DNA from: a virus
Lineage: Duplodnaviria > Caudoviricetes
IMG/VR virus record: IMGVR_UViG_3300025654_000009
Location: 1 to 62,289 of that record
DNA: 62,289 nt
Strand: one strand, 5' to 3'
The notes beneath the pieces were generated by a model. The model was not told the DNA's origin. It ran no database searches and saw only the letters and a program-made list of their open reading frames with translations. The position numbers and the translations under genes were made by a program. Positions 56,886-62,289 of the stretch are shown piece after piece (position 1 is the stretch's first letter; each line of letters starts with the position of its first letter).

Positions 56886-59800
56886 ATGGCTAAAATTCAA
56901 AAGAACTTTGTCGCAGGTAAAATGAATAAAAGCATTGATGAACGATTGCTTCCTCAAGGCCAATATGTAGATGCGTTAAATATACGATTAGGTTCTACAG
57001 AAGGAACTGAAATAGGTGCAGTTGAAAATTCAAAAGGAAACGAACTTATTGTAGAATTAGAGTTTAAAAACTCAAGTTTAAGTTCTTCTGCTAGATGTAT
57101 TGGTGCTTTTGAAGATGGTGCTAATGAAACTATATACTGGTTTGTTACTGACAAGGCAAATACTAATTCATCAACAGGTAAAGTAGATTTGATAGTATCA
57201 TATAATACTAGAACATTTGTTTTGTTTTATCATGTTATATCTACTTCTTTATTAAATTTTGATGAAAAATTTTTAGTAAATGGTATAAATTTAATTGGAG
57301 ACCTTTTGTTTTTTACGGATAACTTAAATCCTCCTAGAAAAATAAATATAAAAAGAAATTACTTACAACCAAATTCATTTACTACAGTTGATCAAATAAC
57401 AGAACAAGATATTGGTGTTATTGTAGCACCTCCATTAAACGCACCTGTTTTAAATAACTATCAATTAGGTGGAGGGGAAAACTATATGGAGGAACTTTTA
57501 TTAAGTTTTGCATATAGATGGCAATATGAAGATGGCGAATATTCAGCTTTATCGCCTTTTAGTCAAGTAGCTTTTACTCCTGGCCCATTTAAAATAAATT
57601 ATCAAACCTATGATAATGATGGGATGTTAAATGTGTTTAATACAACAGATGTAACTTTTAATACAGGTGGGAGAAATGTAAAAGATTTAGATGTTGTGTT
57701 TAAATTCAGCACAAGTCAAACAGTAAATGTAATAGAACGATTTAACAAATTAAACGAAGGTTGGTTAGATAACGCTGAACAAACATTATCTTTTACAAAC
57801 AAGAAAATATTTACAACACTTCCTGAAGCTCAGTTATTGAGATTATTTGATAATGTTCCTAAAAAAGCACAAGCTCAAACAATAATGGGTAATAGGTTGA
57901 TGTATGGTAATTATGTTGATGGATATGATATTAAGAGTTCATCAGGTAAAGATATTTACTTAGATTACAACCTATCATTAGTAGAAGAAAATCTTTCCGC
58001 AAAAGAAATACAAGGTTTAATTAGTGATTTTGATTATACAATACAAGGAGGAACAAATAATGTTTCTAATGCAAAGATAACAATTGATTTTGGTGGATTA
58101 GATTTAATTGAAGGCTCTCAAATAGGAGTTGTTTTTGAATATGAAAGCGTTTCATATAGTGGAGATGCTTCTTATAATGATGGTACACAGCCTGAAAATA
58201 GTTTTGACAGAACTTTTTTGTTTAATTTACAACAAAATTACTCAAGTGTTTATGCTTTAGCTACTAGCACAGAATTTGTGGCTGCTGTAAGTGATTTTGT
58301 TTCTATTGCTAATTCAAGTTGTTTTTCAACAATTGTTTCAGGCTGTGTGAGTAATTGCACTTCTGGAACAAGTCAAACAGATGTTTTTAACTGTGGAATA
58401 TCCGCTAAATCTGAATGGGAACAAGTAGGTTTTGGTTTAACCGGAACACCTCAGGGTATATTAATTGAAGCATCACAAGGAAGTAATAATATTTCTTTTA
58501 TATTACCAGCTATAAAATTTGAAAAATATGACCAAACGCAAAATCCTGCAACTCCAATGGGGATATTTGCCTATGAGTATTTAGGGGCTATTGATGCAAC
58601 TGGATTATATTCAAAAGATGGTTCAAGACAATCATTACATAGTAATAGAGATTATGAAATAGGAATTGTTTATATGGATGAATATGGGCGTAGCACTACT
58701 GCGTTAGTTGATACTAATAATACAGTATATATTCCTTGTAGCAATTCAGTAACAAAAAATAGCATTAGGGTTGAATTAAATAGCTATCCTCCTTACTGGG
58801 CTACTAAATATAAATTTGTTATAAAAGAGTCTAAAGGACTTTACAGAACTATTTATTCTAATATCTTCTTTCAAGAAGAAGAGACAGGAGTTGTTTATTT
58901 TAAACTTGAAGGAGACAATAGAGACAAAGTAAAAGATAATGAAATACTTTATGTAAAAGCAGATAGTAATGGTGCAGTTACAAATTGTGCGAAAACAAAA
59001 GTATTAGGATTTGGAGTAGAAACAGATGATTTTCTTTGCGACAAAGATGCAGATGGAAATCTTATAGCAGGTAGCCCTCCTTGTGGACAATTAGCAGGTG
59101 CATATATGCAATTAAAACCTAGTGGTTTTTCAGCAAGTTATCCTGAAAATGCATTTATTGAAGAAAGTAATAGTTGTAAAGGAGGTTACTGTGCTGTACA
59201 GGTAGAAACTTATATTGACAATCCAGATACTACAGGCCCTACTGATGTATTTATTCCGTTTACTATACCTGCAGGAAGTATTGTTAGAATTCAAATTCGT
59301 GCAAATAGAAGAAGTAGAGGAAGTAAGTGTGGTGGTCGTAGTTATCAGTATGATAAAAGATTTACATCAGGAGATGATTACAATAGTTTATATGACTTTG
59401 TTTTAGGAGACAATATAGATTTAACAAATGGTGTAACAACAGGTTCTGATGATACTATAAATACAACTATTTTTGACGAAACATTATATACAAATGGAAG
59501 CTTTCCTTCAGCGGTAGCAGGTACAAATACAATATATTTTACATCATATCCTGATGGTAGACAGTTAATGGGTATGCGAAATGGTACACCTAACTGTAGT
59601 TCTCCTGACAAAAGAAATTCTTACGGAAATATTGACCTTGAAATTCAAAGAGCTACATCATTAATGGTATTTGAAACAGAGCCTTTAGATTCAGATAATG
59701 AGTTGTATTATGAAAATGAACAAACATTTGATATTTCAAATGGATTTCATTTATCAGGAACATCAGATGCTGACCAAAACCAAACTATTTCACAGCCTGC

Positions 59801-61295
59801 TATTGTAGATTTAACATTTTTTAATTGTTTTACCTTTGGAAATGGAGTTGAAAGCAATACTGTTTTAGATGCTTTAATAAAGCCAACATTAAGTTTAGGT
59901 GACAAAGTAACGGCTGTATCTGAAGAACAATACAAAGAGGCCAATAGATTTGGAGATGTAACTTATAGTGGAGTCTTTAATCAAGAAACAGGTTTAAATA
60001 AATTAAATCAATTTAATTTAGCGTTAGCTAATTTTAAAACACTCGAAACATCTTATGGCCCTATTAGGGTTATGCATGCTAGGCAAACAGATATATTGGT
60101 TTTGCAAGAAGATAAAATATCATCTTTACTTGTAGAAAAGAATTTATTGTCAGATGCTGCAGCAGGAGGAGCTATTACTTCAGTACCTGAAGTTTTAGGA
60201 ACTCAACTAGCTAGAGTGGAGGAATTTGGTATTAGCAATAACCCTGAAAGTTTTTCTACATATGGAACTGATGTATTTTTTACTGATGCAAAAAGAAGTT
60301 CTGTTATTCAATTAAAAGGAAGTGGGCAAAGAGGAGATACAGGAGGTTCATTAGGAGTTATTTCTGAAGTAGGTATGAGGTCTTGGTTTAGAGATTTATT
60401 TGTAGATGCTTTTGAAACGCAAAAGTTAGGTGGATTTGATCCTTATATGAATGAATTTGTTTTATCTTCTAATTTAAGAGAAATACCTCAGCCACCAAAT
60501 GAAAGAGATTGTGGATATACTTTAATTATGTCTGAATTAATAGAACCTTATACTATTGTGGTTGACTTAGGTACATTAATAGGAACTGTTTTATTTGTTT
60601 ATGAAGTTAATAATCCATTAAACATTTCTATTGAATGGAATGGTTCAAGTGTTGTTAACCAAGACGTTACTGGAAATGGTAATGTTTCTTTTAACAAAAC
60701 TGCAAATAATCCAACTCAAGCAACAGTAACTATAACTCCTGTTCAAGTAGCAAATCCTGTTACATTAGAAATTGACTTTAATTGTCCTGTGTCACAGCAA
60801 TTAACGGTTAAAGAGATTGTTATAAATAATGAAGGAGATGTTAACTTAACTACAACATGTAGATATAGATGGTCTTTAGGAACTGATTTAAGTCCTTATA
60901 GCACTAACTCAGTTGTTTTAGAATCAGATGGGGTGTCATTATTTTCAGAACAAAGTGGAGATTCTTCTTTTGGGACTTTACCTGCTTTAGGTTCAGTTGT
61001 TACAATGAAAAACAGACAAAATGCAGGTCAAACTTTTGAGTTTGACGTGAATAAAGATAAATTTAAGTATTTAACTAGTAATACGAATTATAATGAATCA
61101 GATTTAAGCACATTAATTCCTTTGTTGAATACAGCAACACCAATAGCAGGAAGTTTCCCTGAGTATTCAGCTAATTTTACATACAGCTCACATATGGATT
61201 ATATGTATTTGGTTTGGGACTTTAGAGAATCTACACCATTACAATTTTGTTACGATGCAACAAGCCCAACAGAGGCATGTTGTGAATGCTCTTAA
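56886..61295 (+). CDS. Tail nozzle/stabilization protein (P22 gp10/muzzle-like)
   Basis: GKMNKSIDERL, LFFTDNLNPPRKIN, GNRLMYGNY, FGISNNPESF, FFTDAKR. Confidence 0.75.
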   Translation: MAKIQKNFVAGKMNKSIDERLLPQGQYVDALNIRLGSTEGTEIGAVENSKGNELIVELEFKNSSLSSSARCIGAFEDGANETIYWFVTDKANTNSSTGKVDLIVSYNTRTFVLFYHVISTSLLNFDEKFLVNGINLIGDLLFFTDNLNPPRKINIKRNYLQPNSFTTVDQITEQDIGVIVAPPLNAPVLNNYQLGGGENYMEELLLSFAYRWQYEDGEYSALSPFSQVAFTPGPFKINYQTYDNDGMLNVFNTTDVTFNTGGRNVKDLDVVFKFSTSQTVNVIERFNKLNEGWLDNAEQTLSFTNKKIFTTLPEAQLLRLFDNVPKKAQAQTIMGNRLMYGNYVDGYDIKSSSGKDIYLDYNLSLVEENLSAKEIQGLISDFDYTIQGGTNNVSNAKITIDFGGLDLIEGSQIGVVFEYESVSYSGDASYNDGTQPENSFDRTFLFNLQQNYSSVYALATSTEFVAAVSDFVSIANSSCFSTIVSGCVSNCTSGTSQTDVFNCGISAKSEWEQVGFGLTGTPQGILIEASQGSNNISFILPAIKFEKYDQTQNPATPMGIFAYEYLGAIDATGLYSKDGSRQSLHSNRDYEIGIVYMDEYGRSTTALVDTNNTVYIPCSNSVTKNSIRVELNSYPPYWATKYKFVIKESKGLYRTIYSNIFFQEEETGVVYFKLEGDNRDKVKDNEILYVKADSNGAVTNCAKTKVLGFGVETDDFLCDKDADGNLIAGSPPCGQLAGAYMQLKPSGFSASYPENAFIEESNSCKGGYCAVQVETYIDNPDTTGPTDVFIPFTIPAGSIVRIQIRANRRSRGSKCGGRSYQYDKRFTSGDDYNSLYDFVLGDNIDLTNGVTTGSDDTINTTIFDETLYTNGSFPSAVAGTNTIYFTSYPDGRQLMGMRNGTPNCSSPDKRNSYGNIDLEIQRATSLMVFETEPLDSDNELYYENEQTFDISNGFHLSGTSDADQNQTISQPAIVDLTFFNCFTFGNGVESNTVLDALIKPTLSLGDKVTAVSEEQYKEANRFGDVTYSGVFNQETGLNKLNQFNLALANFKTLETSYGPIRVMHARQTDILVLQEDKISSLLVEKNLLSDAAAGGAITSVPEVLGTQLARVEEFGISNNPESFSTYGTDVFFTDAKRSSVIQLKGSGQRGDTGGSLGVISEVGMRSWFRDLFVDAFETQKLGGFDPYMNEFVLSSNLREIPQPPNERDCGYTLIMSELIEPYTIVVDLGTLIGTVLFVYEVNNPLNISIEWNGSSVVNQDVTGNGNVSFNKTANNPTQATVTITPVQVANPVTLEIDFNCPVSQQLTVKEIVINNEGDVNLTTTCRYRWSLGTDLSPYSTNSVVLESDGVSLFSEQSGDSSFGTLPALGSVVTMKNRQNAGQTFEFDVNKDKFKYLTSNTNYNESDLSTLIPLLNTATPIAGSFPEYSANFTYSSHMDYMYLVWDFRESTPLQFCYDATSPTEACCECS

Positions 61296-61307
61296 ATAAA
61301 ATAAATT

Positions 61308-62249
61308 ATGCCAAGTACAGTAAATAAATTTATAAACGCATCTACATTTGTTACGGCTACAGCTGTATATGATGATGCTGATTTAACTATTATATCTCCA
61401 GATGGATATTATCAATACAATAGTGAATACCGATACCAACTAAACGGCTCATTAGGCCCTCTAGTTGTTTGTGAATCTTGTGATGATCCTGCACCAAACC
61501 CTATAGCTTGTGGTACAGGAATTGTAATACCACAGAGTAGTGCTGGATTATATGAATTAAATTTTTCTGCAGGTAGCACAACAGGGGCTATAAGCATTTT
61601 CTTTCAACCTCAAGACATTCCTGATGGAATAAGAGTTCTTTATAACGGTGTATATTATAATAGATTGTCAACTCCATTAGATGGAAATAGACAAAGCACA
61701 AGTGGTGTAGCAGATGCATTTACTGTATTAGGTCTACCAGATGCTCAAGGGCCATGTGCAGTTGCTCCACAAACATATACCCTTAATTATTATAATGGTT
61801 TAAACCAAAGCCCAGCATCATGGATTCCTGGAACTCCTAGTACTAAAACAATTACTACAAATACTGGAGATGATGTTTTGGGAGGTGCAGATCCTCAATA
61901 TAATCTTTTAATTATACCTAAAATAAGTGCTACACCTAGTAACGTAAAAATAGAAATTTTAGGTACTTGTCCTACTACTCAATTTAATTTAGAGGTGGCT
62001 TGTCCTGCAAATTTACCTAGTTTCCAGGGTAAATCAATTGCATCAGGTACAGGATGTACTACAGCAAATGCAACTTATTATTTTGGTCGATTTAGATTTC
62101 AAGTAAACACCTACCCTGAGCTTAACAATCCTGTATTTAGTGATGTTAATGGTGAGTTTAGAGTTTTAGATGGAAATTACTTTATGGATAATAGTCAAGT
62201 AATTACAGTTACAAACGGAGTAGTTAGCAGTATAGTAGCATGCTCGTAA
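61308..62249 (+). CDS. Variable tail-associated protein (313 aa)
   Basis: Full-length allele of the 1..891 ORF. Confidence 0.8.
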   Translation: MPSTVNKFINASTFVTATAVYDDADLTIISPDGYYQYNSEYRYQLNGSLGPLVVCESCDDPAPNPIACGTGIVIPQSSAGLYELNFSAGSTTGAISIFFQPQDIPDGIRVLYNGVYYNRLSTPLDGNRQSTSGVADAFTVLGLPDAQGPCAVAPQTYTLNYYNGLNQSPASWIPGTPSTKTITTNTGDDVLGGADPQYNLLIIPKISATPSNVKIEILGTCPTTQFNLEVACPANLPSFQGKSIASGTGCTTANATYYFGRFRFQVNTYPELNNPVFSDVNGEFRVLDGNYFMDNSQVITVTNGVVSSIVACS

Positions 62250-62289
62250 TGATGAGTGTGAACAAAAATAATAACATATGGCATTAGAA
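61353..62289. repeat. Terminal overlap copy B
   Basis: Aligns to 1-931 and ends in ATGGCATTAGAA, the start of the 920 gene. Confidence 0.95.

Noticed and set aside
1-62289. tRNA genes, integrase/att sites, alternative genetic code
   Set aside because: No cloverleaf or recombinase motifs seen by eye, and genes are intact and densely packed under the standard code; tRNAscan would be needed to be sure

Overview
The window is almost certainly a complete, circularly permuted, AT-rich tailed phage genome of about 61.35 kb. Positions 1-931 and 61353-62289 are two diverged alleles of the same locus. A Bacteroidota (probably Flavobacteriia) host is inferred from repeated TAnnTTTG promoter boxes and A-rich starts lacking Shine-Dalgarno sites. 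There is no tape measure or sheath, but there are three ejection-type genes including a 3103-aa giant, so a podovirus-like virion is inferred. The minus arm (14472-28677) carries early genes and replication/recombination genes: Sak3-like annealase, RecE-like exonuclease, SSB, primase-helicase, SNF2-like helicase, VRR-NUC and a metallophosphoesterase. The plus arm (29261-62289 continuing into 1-14495) carries GroEL/GroES, small basic proteins, lysis genes, tail fibres, a second GroES-like protein, terminase, portal, scaffold, capsid, tail and ejection proteins. I saw no DNA polymerase, integrase, tRNA, CRISPR array or reverse transcriptase. The most striking signal is a hidden coding layer. Three GC-elevated +1-frame ORFs are overprinted inside essential genes: an MPFKSQAQR small basic protein and a second ORF in the giant gene, and a lipoprotein-like ORF in the terminase. 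There are also two candidate -1 frameshift sites: a dnaX-like slippery heptamer plus hairpin between the primase and helicase domains, and an A10 run near the start of the giant gene. Other notable features are a bipartite TGTCGA iteron system, a GC-rich repeat/G-tract island, a GATC cluster in the early genes, and an apparently split tail-nozzle gene with a variable insert. All functional calls come from motif recognition by eye, and all counts are hand counts; no searches were run.
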